A stretch of 64,000 bases of DNA from Camelus ferus. Its lineage: Eukaryota. The position numbers and the translations under genes are program-made. Below the pieces are notes generated by a model, which was given only the letters and a program-made list of their open reading frames with translations, ran no database searches and had not been told where the DNA came from. Shown here piece by piece: positions 13,064-26,820 of the stretch (the first letter of the stretch is position 1; the number at the start of each line of letters is the position of its first letter). The stretch spans positions 18,416,001-18,480,000 of the forward strand of contig NC_045696.1 in NCBI RefSeq assembly GCF_009834535.1, written 5' to 3'.

Positions 13064-13675
13064 CAAAACCAAAAAAATTGCTATACGTTTGGAAGAGTCA
13101 TATGTTTTCCTGTCCAATATATTCATTAAATTAGGTCAGGTTTCAGTAATATGAGACTCTTAGGGAGTATGGTTTGGAAAACACTATGATTGAAACTAAT
13201 TCCCTAAATTCAGCAGGAACAGGAGCATCCTAGTATGGTAATCTTAACTGGGAGCATTTAACCACCTGAACCCAGATTGGCTTAATTATGGTTAATATAC
13301 TTAATAGTAAAGCAAGCTTAATAAGCAGTTACCTGTAACTAGTCTTCTCTGATCTTTCCAAAGTTCTCATCATCATTACATGTGATTATTTCGACGAAAT
13401 TCTGATGTCTTAATTTTACCATAGAAATACTGTCAGAATATTAAATAGTGAACCTGGAAATACATGTATACATGTGTGTGTGTATATATATTCCCAGAAG
13501 TTTCTTTAATTAGGCAAATTTGGAAAATACTGGTATATTTCATAGAGATCCCTTGCTTTGTATAATCACTAGACATCTAGACATTAAACTTATAGAAATA
13601 GTAAAGTATTATTTAGCCTATGTAAAGAGAATCTACAGCTTGTAAGGGAGTTAGAATTCCACCTAACTATTAGAG

Positions 13676-13878
13676 CAGAGGTTACTAAAATATTCTGTTT
13701 AAGGCTGAATGGTGACTATTTCAGACCGTGCAGGCCATATGACTTCTGTTATGGTTACTTCGTTCTGCCACTGTGTGTGAAAGCAACCATGGTCCGTTGA
13801 GTGTGCTCCATTAAAACTGTATTTGCAAACAGGTATCAAGCTGGATTTGCTCTGTGGGCTATAGTTTGTGAATATCTG
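13676..13878. mobile_element. MER58A-like hAT-Charlie MITE
   Basis: cagaggttactaaa...ccattaaaactgtatttgcaaa...ggctatagtttgtgaatatctg; imperfect 8-bp TSD tattagag/atttagag. Confidence 0.75.
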
Positions 13879-14397
13879 ATTTAGAGTGTGTACTTTTTGT
13901 GAAACAGAATGTAAATAGTTGGTGAATATCTGATTAAGAGTGTAACCTTTCACCAATCTTCCAAATATAAGTCAGTTGTGATCTTCAGTGTCCCTTAAAA
14001 ATGCAGCATTGAAGAATAACCATACCACATCACTCTAAGTACACAATCTGATCTTTTTTCCATTTCTTCCAGTGTCTAACTTTTGGGTCTTTACCTGTGT
14101 AACTATGCTTTACAAAAAGCATAATTATTAGTGCCTCTTGAAAAAAATGTAGAAAATTAACTTTAAAATGACTCCAATTTTAGGGGTTCAAGACACTTCC
14201 CTGGGCTATCACACAGAGAAGCATGTAAGCATCTGGTGATAAACCCATTTTTGACTATAAACACTTCTCTTATTAGGCCTTGGGCTTCTTATCCCAGACC
14301 GTGAACCATGAAGTACGACCTGACTATTTTGATTATATAGGATTCAGTAGAAATCACTGGAATCCCTCTCTCCTTACCAGATAAGCAATACCAGACC

Positions 14398-14399
<2 letters not shown>

Positions 14400-14443
<44 letters not shown>
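14400..14443. repeat. (TG)n microsatellite
   Basis: About 22 TG units. Confidence 0.95.
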
Positions 14444-14445
<2 letters not shown>

Positions 14446-14479
14446 CATGTTCTTGTGGTGGTGTTAGTACCACCGTCAA

Positions 14480-14830
14480 AGGTTAGAAAGATGCCAGGAT
14501 GGTGATACGTCTGTGACTCAGTTACAGTTTTGTTCTAGGTGTCTTCTATCTGGATCAAATCAATTCCCTGGTCACTGGTATCAGATACGTAGCAATTGAT
14601 CATGAATGCCTCTTTTCACCTATTCTGACAAACAGGGAATATCAGAAGTTTGTTTTCCCATGACAGGGACAAAAGCATATTGCCACGGGTATATGGTAAC
14701 CCTCTAGATGTGTGCCGTCACCTGCTCACAAGGATTTCAACTTTCTGACTATAACAGAGAATATCATTTTTATTGCATTCACATCATGCTGAAAAGACCT
14801 GGAGAACAAAGGATTGTGGGTAGCCATGAA
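14480..14830 (+). pseudogene. Degenerate ERVL-type pol (RT) relic
   Basis: Frameshifted remnants in the order QIN..GT.Y.AID..NA.FS.IP, QK.F.F.WQGQ, IML..PGEQ, as in the class III ERVL RT N-terminus. Confidence 0.65.
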
Positions 14831-15079
14831 GCAGTCCATTTGAAACGTGGGCACTGAGTTGGGCTCTGAGTGGAGAATGCTTTCCCCCTGCACATCTTCC
14901 TCTGCCTTTTATCCCTGTGACTCAGTAGAGTAACTGAAGGGTCTGAGGTGTATCCAGGTCTTTTATGGAGGGTAAGCAATTGCAAATAGGAAACTTGCGG
15001 AGCAAAACCAGGATCACCTCTGGTAATCACTTGAGGAAAAGTGCTTTCTTTTGTTTTTGTTTTTGATAGGTGGTGGTTT

Positions 15080-15435
15080 TATTTATTTATTTAAAATTGA
15101 AGAATAGTGGGTTTGCAATGTTGTGTTAATTTCTAGTATATAGCATAGTGATTCAGTTTTATATCCATATATATTCCTTTTCATATTTTTTTTTCAGTAA
15201 AAGCCATCACAAGATACTGAATGTAGTTCCTTGTGCTATACCGTGGAGCCTTGCTGTTTATCTCTTTTCTATGTAATAGTCAGTACCTGCAAATCTTGAA
15301 CTCCCAATTTATCCCTCCATCCTCCTTCCTCCTGTAACCATAAGTTTGTTTTCTATGTCTGTGAGTCTGTTTCTGTTTTGTAAATAAGTTCATTTGTGTC
15401 CTGTTTTTAGATTCTGCATATAAGTGATGTATTTT
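15080..15435 (-). mobile_element. Truncated L1 3' end
   Basis: Same 3' UTR family as 7200-7560, antisense; (ttta)n tail. Confidence 0.85.
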
Positions 15436-17109
15436 TAATGCCATCGGGCTCCAGTTGAGACTGAACATCTGTCTGTGAGGCTTTCAGAGACTTTGGGATA
15501 CATGGTGTTAGTAAGCAGGCTGATGCGATGTGATCTTTCTAGTCACATCTTCCCTTCCTCCAGCATTCTGTTATAAATTGGGTGTAGTTTGGATGGTATA
15601 AATATTGAGAATATGCTAAATAAAGTTCTATGAGTATGTCTCTTACACTCCTAGTGTTCTTTCTCCTCTATCACTATGAGTTCTCTCTCAGTTCAAAACC
15701 GATTCTCTCAAGGTTTACTATGTTGACTAGAAATGAATAAAAAAAAAAAAAAACCTGAATTACATAGTTCTGAGTGATATACTGGCACTAGCTGGAAGTG
15801 GATGACTCTGGAATTATACTGAGAAAGGGAAATTTTACATTGGTCAACTTTTTTCTACTTTTTTCTGGAGCTGTTCCATACTTTCCCATCAAATTAATTT
15901 TGTTGTAACTGTGTGTCAGCTAATATAGAAACGTGTCTAAATTACAGGTAGCAGTTTAGTCTGTAGTAATAAGGACATACTCTAATTAACATCTCCAACT
16001 AGATCATAAGAAAAAATAAACCAAGAAAAATATGTTTAGACTTCCGAAGCAGTAGTCTTGAATGTTTCTTGTTTACGTTTTTTTTTTTTTTTAATGAATT
16101 AATGCGTCTGTACACAAAGAGTGAAGGTGGAGGGGAAGAAAACTTTAAGTTATTGGAAGTGTTTCTAATGTTACCCCAGATAAAAATGTATAGATCTTTA
16201 TGTGTTCTTTTACTTTTTTTGCCTACTGTTAGGAGTTCTTGCTCTTGTCGACAACGTAGGTGAATTAGGAAGAACTGAAGTAAGCTACCTGTGAGTTATT
16301 CAATGTAACTTAGAAGCCATTGATCCAAAAAAAAAAGTTATTTTTGCAGCAAAGATGCTTTATTTGAGATATCGTTCTCATCTCTCCTCTTGGCATTTTC
16401 TAAGTGCTTTTGAGTTGCTGATGGTAACTTCTGCACATTTTTCTTTGTGTCCAAAAGAGGCTAAATATTGTTTGAAGACATTGGTTGTGGAACAGTCACT
16501 GCATTTTATACATTGACAGAGTTACAGACTAAGAGATATCCTGGATCCTTGACAGGAAATAATTGCAAGCAGAATCATGCAGTATAATAGTGTTTATGTT
16601 CTATTTCTAGCGTTATTGTTTATTTATTTTCTAATTCATTCTAAAATTATCTGCGATGCCTCATAAGAAATAACATGGTTTTTATAAAACCACAAAACTT
16701 TCTGATATTAAAAATACAAATAGTCAAGAGCAGAAAAAATATTTATCAAAAAAACCCAGTGATAATTTAATAAATTATTGTCTATTATAACTAAAAAGAA
16801 AAACATATTCTTTATAAATTTCATAATAAAAATGATGATTTTATTTGAAAAATATAAAAATGGTAGAGCCTGCCTTTTTTTCCTACCTTAATTTGATGTT
16901 CTTGCATATTTGCCAGGAGATAGGCTAAAGCACTAACTGTGCGGTAGGGCCAGAATGCCTCTCAAAAAACTCCTAGAAAACTGTTCCCCAAATTCAATGA
17001 TCTTGTAAATATACTGGTGAGATTTGTTATCTAAGTTCAATTCCATTTTCAGCTTTAACAATTCATTAAGTTGTGTTGAGAAACAGTATTTGGTACAGGA
17101 ATTGTCATG

Positions 17110-17430
17110 CATGAAGTTTAATTGGGAATGAATCTAGGAGCAATATAGGAATCTAGGGATGATGAATCTAGAATCTAGGAGGTAGGAGAAGGGGAAGGGA
17201 GACAGCAAAGGAAAAGGTGAATAAGGAAGGCATTGATGAGCAATGTTTGCAAAGGCTAACTGGGCCTTTGTCCCACTGAAACCCTCTGGGAGACAGCCTA
17301 GAGGCGTCTTACTCAGATTCCAAAAAGCAGAGGTATTTATCCACCAACTCAAATGCAGTCTTGGTTGGGTATTCCTCCCTGGGGTGTTAATTCCCGGTGG
17401 TGCTCATCTATCTCACCTCTGCTCATAAGA
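17110..17430 (-). mobile_element. Old ERVL LTR (LTR16/LTR33-like)
   Basis: tttaattgggaatga...ccctctgggagacagcctagagg...gtatttatccaccaactc. Confidence 0.5.
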
Positions 17431-17829
17431 ATTCTATAGAAATATATTTGAATATTATTTTAGGGTTTTAAATTCTGGGTTTTTTAAAAATACTTCAAAA
17501 ATTATCAATTTTACTTATGAGTGCAAATTTTTTTTCCATTTGGAATCTGATTTCTAAGAAATTCCATTTGATCCATGGTACCTTGGGTTGAAATATATGG
17601 CATTCTATTTCTCCAAACTTTATATTGCAAAATGGAGCTGGAATGTATTAGTCTTAAAATTATTTTAAAAAATTATCATGTCAAGGCATGAGCAAAGAAA
17701 TACAGAAAAAGAACGAGTTAGAAAAATGAAGGAAATATTATGGAATTAATCCACAATAATTATTATAAAACACTTATTTTATATAAAATTATTTTATAAT
17801 TAAGACATATCATATCATGATATTTTTTA

Positions 17830-19200
17830 ATTTTTAAATCATGTATATTCATTTAAAGTAAAATTACCACTGAAGTAAAACATACATAAATAAAACTGCA
17901 CATAATACATTGTACAACTGGATACATTATCACAAAGTAGGCACATCATGTGATGAACACTCAGACCAAGAGATACAACATTAACATTACCAGAACCTCA
18001 GAAGCTCTCATGTCTAATTTTATTCACTATCATACTGTGATCTGGAACATGGGTCATTCTACGAACATTGCTAAGAGCATTGGTCAATATTGCTGTTTTT
18101 GAAAATCATATAAACGTAATACAAGTGTATGTATTCTTTTGTAGTTGCTTTCCCTCAGCAATAATATTTTTAAGACCTGTGGTCTTGTATACTTGTATAT
18201 ATGTTTTTCACTCCTATTGCTGTTTAGTATTTCATGGTATAAATATATCAGTGTTTATTGAACCATTCAGTTATTGAAGGATAAGGACACTTGGACATAT
18301 TTTTGTTCAAATGTTATGAGTAGTGCTGCTTCAGAGATATGATACATTTATTTTGGTGAATATTCTCATCTTTGTCGAGAATATACCTAGAAGTGAAATT
18401 GCTGAGTCCTAGGTTATACTAGTATTGATTTAAGTGGATACTGTCAAACAATTTTCTAAAGTGGTTGCAGCAGTTTATACACCCACCAGTGACGGGTGTG
18501 AATCCCAGTCACCTTCTAATTTAGCTAACACTACGTATTGTCAGTCTTTTTCATTTTAAACTTTCTGATATTCCAGGGATTTGCATTCATAAGGATTTAT
18601 GAAGTAAAGCATGATATATGCTTATTAGTCTTCTAGATATCCATTTTTTTCAAAGTGCTCATATAGTCTTTTACCTATTATTTTAAACTAGATTGTATGT
18701 TTCTATTATATTACTATGCAAGATTCCCTTATGTATATTACACATACATTCTTTTTCAGATGTGTATTTCATAATACTTCTTTCACTGTGTTCTTACCTT
18801 TTTTACTTTCTCAATGGTGTCTTTTCTGTAATGCAATCTTAAATTTAATGCACTATGATTTATCATTTTTTTCTTTATGGTAAACACTTTATCCTTGCTA
18901 AATAAGAAATTCTTCACCTATTATAATATAAATGTATTACTTTAAAATTTTCAGGTAAAAGGCTTAATTTTTTTAAAGTTTCCATTTATAACTACTAACT
19001 TTCCTAAATCGAAATTTGATGACAGTGTGATGTGATAATTAAGAATCATTTTTGGTCCATATGTAATCAGTTAAGCTTATTGAAAAGTCGGTCCTTTCCC
19101 TATTGCACAAGAGAGCTGACCACTGTTGTTGTAAATCAGGTGACCATATGTGTATGAATCTTCTTCTATACTCATTTTTATATTCTATTGTCTACTTGTA
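17830..19200 (-). mobile_element. Ancient L1ME fragment
   Basis: atatacctagaagtgaaattgctgagtc, ttttctaaagtggttgcagcagtttatac, ttattgaaaagtcggtcctttccc. Confidence 0.75.
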
Positions 19201-19939
19201 TATGTCTATAGTGATACCCAATAATAATCCTTTAATGTCATCCCCAATTTATCTACCATGTCCATATATACCTCTTTTACCTAATATAAATTATTAACTT
19301 TATAACCCAACAGTATGAGCATAATAAGTTCAAAGGTAATGGTTATGTAGGTATGACTCAGAAAGATCAAGAACCAGACCAGCCAAAACACTATAAATTT
19401 TTCTTAAAATTTAGGTTGAATATATTTTATAGCAACAAGTTTAAGAATATTAATGAGCTGAGACATTATCAATAAACATTATAATAAATATGTAAACCTA
19501 GACATCATACATTTTAAAGTCCCAAGAATGATAGGGAAATAGACAAAAATGCATGTACTAGAAATATAATAATAGTAAATACAAATTAGGAAGAATCATT
19601 TATTTATATTATTATAAAATTGAATGCTGAGGAAAGTATATTTTTTAAATACAAAAGCTTTTCATGCAAAAACACAACCAGAGCCATATTCTTGGCTATG
19701 ATAATGAGTTCAGAACATTGAGTACATATGTACACACATATATACACACAGCATACTACAAATGAATATAATGAAAATATTATGATAAAACAACACATTA
19801 ATAACAAAGCCAAGTTAAGAGCTATTTTTAAAAATCACCTAAATTTTCTATGTACATTGTAGTAAATCTAGGACTTTGTAGCAGAATATTTTCCAAACAT
19901 CAGGAATATCTATACACCATATGAAAATTCACAGGGGAG

Positions 19940-20295
19940 CATACAGGAGAGGGTTAATTCAGCAAGGCTGGGTTGCTCTAAACCTGTACTTTCCCAAAAA
20001 GGCCTATTTTCAGGATGGGCCTTTGGCTAGCTCTTAGGAATGAAGCTCTTGAAATAATCAGTTTGATAAGAGTGTTTTTGTACATCTGAGGTCTTGGGCC
20101 GCACTGTACCAGTATGACCAGGGAGTTTAACATTGTTATTCATGGTGACCACCTACTTTTGCTTGATGGTCTGATTTTAATAGGTATCTTTTTGCTGTAA
20201 TTAACTGTAACCGTGAGTTATCACCGCTCCTGAGTCCTATGAGTCTTTAGAGCAAATCACTGAACCTGATGGTGGTCTTGAGGATTCCCCATAAA
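19940..20295 (+). mobile_element. MER77/MER68-like LTR
   Basis: gagagggttaattcagcaaggctgggttg ... gagcaaatcactgaacctgatggtggtcttgagg. Confidence 0.6.
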
Positions 20296-20769
20296 GAGAG
20301 TGGCAAAGCATTTGTCACAACAATTACCTGATCCAAATTGTCCACAATAATAATAATAGTGAAAACCACAATGATGACATGTATCACTGCTGTAGGATAT
20401 TCAGTGGAAAACAGTGAAAAGTTGATTTTGTGCAATAAATTCAAACTTCCTATTTCTAAGAATTGACCATTTAAATCAATATATATTTCTGATTTAATAC
20501 TCTGCCATACACCCCTTGATTTATGTTCACATGGTATCTATAGTCATACGCTTATCTGTATTCTTACCTTCCATAACTATTTCTACATTTTTTGTATATC
20601 TCCATATACAAGTCAGAAATTCCAGTTAGTGCAATAAAAAAACTAAAACTAAAAATAAACAAAAGTTAAAGGGATCAGAAAATAATAAAACTATCATTAT
20701 TTCCAGATGACATAATAATATACATAGAACAATCAAAGAAACTACAGGTGCACTATTAGAATTAATAAG

Positions 20770-20932
20770 GGAAGAAACTAAATTCAATATCTTGTAATAA
20801 CATATAATGAAAAATAATATGTATATATTAAAAAAAGTATATATGTGTATCTATATATGTAACTGAATCACTATGCTGTACACCAGAAACTGACACAACA
20901 TTATAAATCAACTATAATTCAGGAAAAAAAAA
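20770..20932 (+). mobile_element. Short L1 3' end with 13-bp TSD
   Basis: TSD tagaattaataag at 20757-20769 and 20933-20945; gtaactgaatcactatgctgtacaccagaaac motif. Confidence 0.88.
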
Positions 20933-22268
20933 TAGAATTAATAAGAGAATAGAAAAAAGGTGGTGGGACACAAATTGATTTATAAAAACTATTTCCATAT
21001 ATTAGCAAAAGCACTTAGAAAATGAAATTCCCAAAACAATACTTGCAATAGCATTAATCTTTAAATTCATCTTTATTGAATACAAAGGTAAAAAAAATAA
21101 GAATTTTGTACAAATTTGAATACATTACTGAGAATAAATAAATTCTCAAAAAATGTGAAACATACTTTTTCCATGGATTGACTGATTCAACATTGTAAAA
21201 AAACACTTTCTACCCATTGTTTGTCTATATTCAATTCAATCTCAATATCTCAGGAGGTTATAGCTGTAAAATTTAACAGAAATTATGCATCTTATATGCA
21301 AATGAAAAGGATCAGTAACAGAAAGGGAATCTTAAATAAGAAGGGAAACAAAGTTGGAGAATATGGAGTACCAAATAAAATGACTTGTTAAAAATCTAGA
21401 ATAATTAGAGCAATGTTATCCCACTAACCCTGTCTAGCATTGTCTAATGCACTATCTGGCAAGGAGAAACAAAGAGAAAAAAATGCATAAGAGAGTGAAA
21501 TAGAGGTACAAACAGAAATCCAGAAATATATGTTTACCCAGTTTATGGCAAAGGTGATACTGCAGGACAGGTTGAAAACTATAATTCTTTTAGACATATA
21601 ATATTGGGTCAAATAGATATCTATATAGAAAAAATTAATCACAACCTCACTGTATGCCAGTACAGAAAAATCAATTCTGGATGAGTCATAGATCTTTACC
21701 TGAAAGCAAAACAATACTATTGTCAAAAATGCCAACAACAAGATGAAAACAAAATTTAAGTTATTCAAGATAGTCTTAATACATATAAAACAAATTTTGT
21801 ATCGATTATATATATATTTTAAAAATCAATAAGAGGCATGCAATCAATAGACAAATGGCAAAAGCTTTTAATGATCACTTCACAAAAATGTGTAGTCAAA
21901 TACCCAATAAAAATATTAAAAGGTATTCAACTACATTGTACATCATATTTTATGCATTTTAAGGCCACAGTGAGATACCACTACACATATATTGGAAGGA
22001 CTAGTCTAAGTGAAATAAGCCAGGGAAAGAAGGATAAATATTACATGATTTCACGTATATGAGGAACCTAAAGTAGTCAAATTAAATAGAAGAAGTGAGT
22101 AAAATAGTGTTACTAGAGACCAGGGGCAGGGATAAACTGGGAATTGTTCAACTGGTGTAAAATTTCAGTTATGTAAGTGGATTTAGATCTAGAGATTTGC
22201 TGTCCAGCACAGTGCCTATAATCAGCAATACTGGATTATACACTTAAAAATTTGGTGAGGGTAGATCT

Positions 22269-23317
22269 TTTTTTTTTCCCTACAATGTATAGTGATATAG
22301 TTTTTTTCTTGCGATGAGAACTTCTCAATCTACTCTTTTAGCAACTTTCAAATGTGCAATACAGTATTTTTAACTATTGTTGTACATACATGTGGTACAT
22401 TTTATCCCCGTGACATTTATTTTATTACTGGAAGTTTGTACCTTCACCCATGGTACCACCCCTACCCCACCTCCTTGCCTGTGGCAGCCACCGATCTGTT
22501 CTGTCTATAAGCTTAGCTAGTTTGCCCGTTTTTTATTGTTGTTGTTTTTTGGATTTCACATATAAGTGAGATTATATGGTATATGTCTTTCTCTGACTTA
22601 TTTCACTTAGCATAGTGACTTCAAGGTTCATATACATTGTTGCAAGTGGAAATATTTTATTCTTTTTATGACTGAATAATATTCCATTGTGTGTGTGTAT
22701 ACACACACACACCATATTTTTCTGATCCATCCAGCTGTGAATGTATACTTAGGCTGTTTCCATATCTTGGCTATTTTACATAGTGCTGCAATGAACATGG
22801 GAGTACATATACTTTTTTGAGTTAGTGTTTTCTTTTTTTTTTAACCTAAATACCCAGAAGTGGAATTTCAGGATAATACAGTAGTTCTATTTTTAATTTT
22901 CTAAGGAATCTCCATACTGTTTTGCATGGCGGTTGCATCAATTTACATTTCCTCCAGCAATGCACAAGGGTTCCTTTTCTCCATATCCTTCCTAACACTT
23001 CTCATTTCTTGTCTTTTTGATAATAGCTATTCCAGCTGGTGTGAGGTGATAGCTTATTGTGGTTTTGACTTGCATTTCCCTGATAAGTAGCAATGTTGAG
23101 CATCTTTTCATGTACCTGTTGGCCACCTGTATGTTTTCCTTGGGAAAAAAAGTCTGCTCATATTCTCTACCCATTTTTAATTGGATTATTTGTTTGTATG
23201 GTTTTGCTATTGAGTTATATGAGTTCTTTACATATTTTGGACATTGACCCCTTATCAGATATATAACTTGCAAATATTTTCTCTTGTTAGGTAAGTTGCC
23301 TTTTCATTTTGTTGATA
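22269..23317 (-). mobile_element. L1MA-type element nested in another L1 3' UTR
   Basis: Poly-T start; ORF2 C-terminal peptide LIREMQVKTTISYHLTP; flanking ggta(g/a)atct duplicate; host resumes at 23318. Confidence 0.88.
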
Positions 23318-25465
23318 GGTAAATCTCATGGTAAGTGTTCTGACCAAACAAACAAACAAAAATTATAAACAAATCCAAAAATAGAGACACAAGGAAACTT
23401 TTGTAGGTAATGAATATATCTATTACCTTGATTGTGGTGATGATTTCATGGGTGGTTGCACATATCCAAACTCATCAAATTGTATACACTAAATATGTGT
23501 AGACACCTTAATAAAGCTGATTTAAAAAAATAGAAAAGAAAGTCCATGAGTTGGATGGGATTTCAAACAACTGGAGGTGATTTCAAACAATTTGTCCTAC
23601 TTTGGAAAATTGACTATGTCTGCTCATACTGAACAAAATATGCTCACATTATAACATTTCCAATCTTATTTATAAATACACCGGAACTTGAACGTGTCAT
23701 CACCAAAAGATATCAGCAGTAAGGCTCATAGCAACGAAGTTCATAATAATAAAAATCTGAAAATAATGAAGTGTTCTATGGTAGAATAGCAAATAAATTT
23801 TTATATCCACACAATAGAATTCTGTACAATAATGAGACTTTACTAAATGACATGTAAAGTCATGTAACAAAAGAAGCCTGATGCAAAACCATAAGTGTTA
23901 ACTGAGTCCATTAATCAAACAAAACTAATTTCTGATATTAGAAGCCACAGTAGTGGTTACAACTTGAGAGTTCTGTAATAATTCAAGAGCGTGGCTACAG
24001 TTTGAGGAGGTAGTGAGTGGAAAGGATCTCCTGTTATTTAAGTATTCTGTGACTAAGGTAAAGAACTATTTCCACTTTTGGAAACTCGTTGAATAGAATA
24101 AAGTTTTATTCTGAAATTTAAAAATAATACAATTTTAGAAGATAGCATAGCAGAATATCTTCTCAACCTTAAATGGACAATATTCTTTTTCAAAAGACAC
24201 AAAGAACACTTAATTAAAAGGAAACAGAAATTAATAAATATATTTACTTCATTAAAATTTATGGGTGTTATCAAAAGAGCTCAAAATTAGAGGGAACTGC
24301 TACCATGATAAACAAAAGATAAATTAAAAAGGCAGAACCATTAATAAAATTCAGCGAAAGACTTGACTAGGCATTTCACAAAACAGCATATGCAAAAGAA
24401 CAATAAACACTCAAACAGGTGCTCAGTTTGATCAGAAAAATGCAAATAAAACATACTAGGGTAATGCCATATATTCAGCCGAATGATATTAAAAATTGAA
24501 AACAAATAATTGGAGAAATCTGAAAAAATCAAGTTGTATAAAAGATGTGCAGTCAGTGGTACTCCCAAAGCCTGCCTGTGTATTGTTACAACCACTTTAG
24601 AAAAACTGGCAACGTCTACTAGAATGTCACACGCAGAACCCTCTGCATCTCGGTTGTAATACAGACCTTATGCCCAACAGAAATGTGTGCATTTCTTTGC
24701 TGTTAATGTGATTCTTCTGAAGAAGAAATTTAGTGTACTTGAAAATAGCAATAGTTAGCCAAATGAAACACAAAGAAAAATAGATGTAAAAATTAAAACA
24801 GAGCCAAGCAACCTGTGAGATTATAAAAAAAAAAAAAAAATCCAGGGTTTTCGGTCAAACTTAGGGGAAAACTAGATTAAAATGTACCTACTCTGTCTTC
24901 CCAGAAGTGGAAATCCCAAATTCTTTCTTGTTTTTTGAACCAACAGTATGTAAATTTCAGTCCTCATAACACATCCTCTTTAAATAATTCCTCATGAATT
25001 TTCTAACAATGAGAATAGTTTCTTGTACCATTCTCACCTTGAAGAATTTTTTTATTAATTATACACATCAAATATTCAGTCCAAATTTATATTTCTATGT
25101 TGTCTTAGTGCTGCCTATAATTTCTTTGGTTTTAAATTAGTATCTGTCAAGATTCATGTATTGCAACTGGTATATAATATTGTTGATTTATTTCAATTCA
25201 GAACAAACCGTTATTCCCACCCCAACGTTTAGTTTCTTTGATTTTTGTGTTACATTACACAGTCTCTTTCCACATGCCCAGGTCAGTTTCATTGCAGATC
25301 AGTCTACATTATGGATTTTTCTAAAATGTTTAGCCAGGCAGGATAAACATTTTTAGGGATAAGTGGGTGGAGAGTGGGGTGTAAGAATGCCACTTAAGTG
25401 ACTGATACTGTGTGTTTATACTTGTATCATTTTGAAAGACACATAAAATGAGATTGTCTCACGAA

Positions 25466-25942
25466 AGGCATAGCTCAGAGACATTGCAGGATTGGCTTCA
25501 GGCCACTGCAATAAAGCAAATATTGCAATAAAGTGAATCATATATATTTTTGGTTTCCTAGTGCACATAAAAGTTGTTTACACTATACTGTAGACTACTA
25601 AGTGTACAATAAATAGCATTATGTCTAAAAAATGTATATACCTCAATTTTAGAATATTGCTAAAAACGCTAGCCTTCATCAGCCTTTAGCGAGTTGCAGT
25701 AGTAACAGCAAATATTACTGATGATGACAGATCACCTTAATGAATAGAATAATAATGAAAACGTTTAAATATTTTGAAAATCACTGAAATGTGACACAGA
25801 GACAAGATATGAGCAAATACTGGTGGAAAAATGGTACCGACAGGCCTGGAGGGTTGCAAGAAACCTTTAATTTGTTTTTAAAAAAAATACAATTATCTGC
25901 AAAGCACAGTAAAGTGAAGTGCAATAAAGCCAGGTGTGCCTG
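25466..25942. mobile_element. Internally deleted Tigger1 derivative
   Basis: aggcatagctcagagacattgcagg...cactgcaataaagcaaatattgcaataaag ... aataaagccaggtgtgcctg followed by TA. Confidence 0.9.
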
Positions 25943-26299
25943 TACTTATGATGATAAGTTTTATCACCGGATTAGGGTGGTCACCGCCAGATCTGGCCAG
26001 TGTAAAGGAACAGCTATATTCTTTTTAATTGTAACATTAGCTTTATTTAGCTATACTTTTTTATACTCATTGGTCTGCAGCTCTGAAATTAATACAGCAA
26101 TGTTTCTTTTTTTATATAACTTCTTAACCCTCTTTAAAGTGAAAATTATAACAGAAAAAAATGGTCTTTTTGTTTGGCCACTGCAGTAACTGTGGTGAAA
26201 TCACCTGTTACCCTTTTCATTCCTTTTCCCTTTGCTTAATATAATCTACAGAGACATCTTCATTCTCAACCTGTCTGCCCTGAATTTGTTTTCTTTCTT

Positions 26300-26820
26300 C
26301 CTCTCAAATAAACTCTTCTTTCTGTATTTTTTTTCCCCCAAATTTTGTTTATCACCATTTATGAAAGCAGGAAATTTGAAAACGAGCCTGGAAAGAAAAT
26401 GTAGATTTTGCATCTGGCCTGTATGGTCGTCCAAATTCCGGCCCCTGCTTCTTTCTTCTCATTAAGTTCTTATCCCTTGAATTCGGCTCACTAACCTGTG
26501 CTACGCTCCTGTCTTTACAGTACCCGAAGCATGGCCAGCCCTTATCTTTGCGCTCACGTGCGTTCTTGATGGATGGGATCCATGTTGCCTGGCTATTTCA
26601 TGATCGTCTTTTTTCCCCAAGTCCAAAGCTTTCCATTTTTATCTTATATTTTTCTTATGTGTGACTAGGGGCTCCAAAAAGAAGTAATTCCTTAAGAACA
26701 GAGATTGTGCCAGTTAAATTCCACTTTTCACTGCAGTGTCGCCATCTTGTAGTATATTGGGTTGCCCTTAAAATATAGTCATCATGTGTTTGATGAATTA
26801 ATGAAGAAGTGAATGAATAT
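26300..26820 (+). mobile_element. L2 3' fragment
   Basis: aattccttaagaacagagattgtg ... tgtttgatgaattaatgaagaagtgaatgaat tail. Confidence 0.6.

Larger units (their letters stand above)
20600..24700 (+). mobile_element. Ancient L1M ORF2/3' UTR fragments with nested L1s
   Basis: RT motif ttatttccagatgacataataatatacatagaa (LF.DDIIIYIE); gtgagataccactacaca. Confidence 0.75.

Noticed and set aside
17128..17180. gaatctag repeated four times
   Set aside because: Local slippage in an old LTR; not CRISPR-like.
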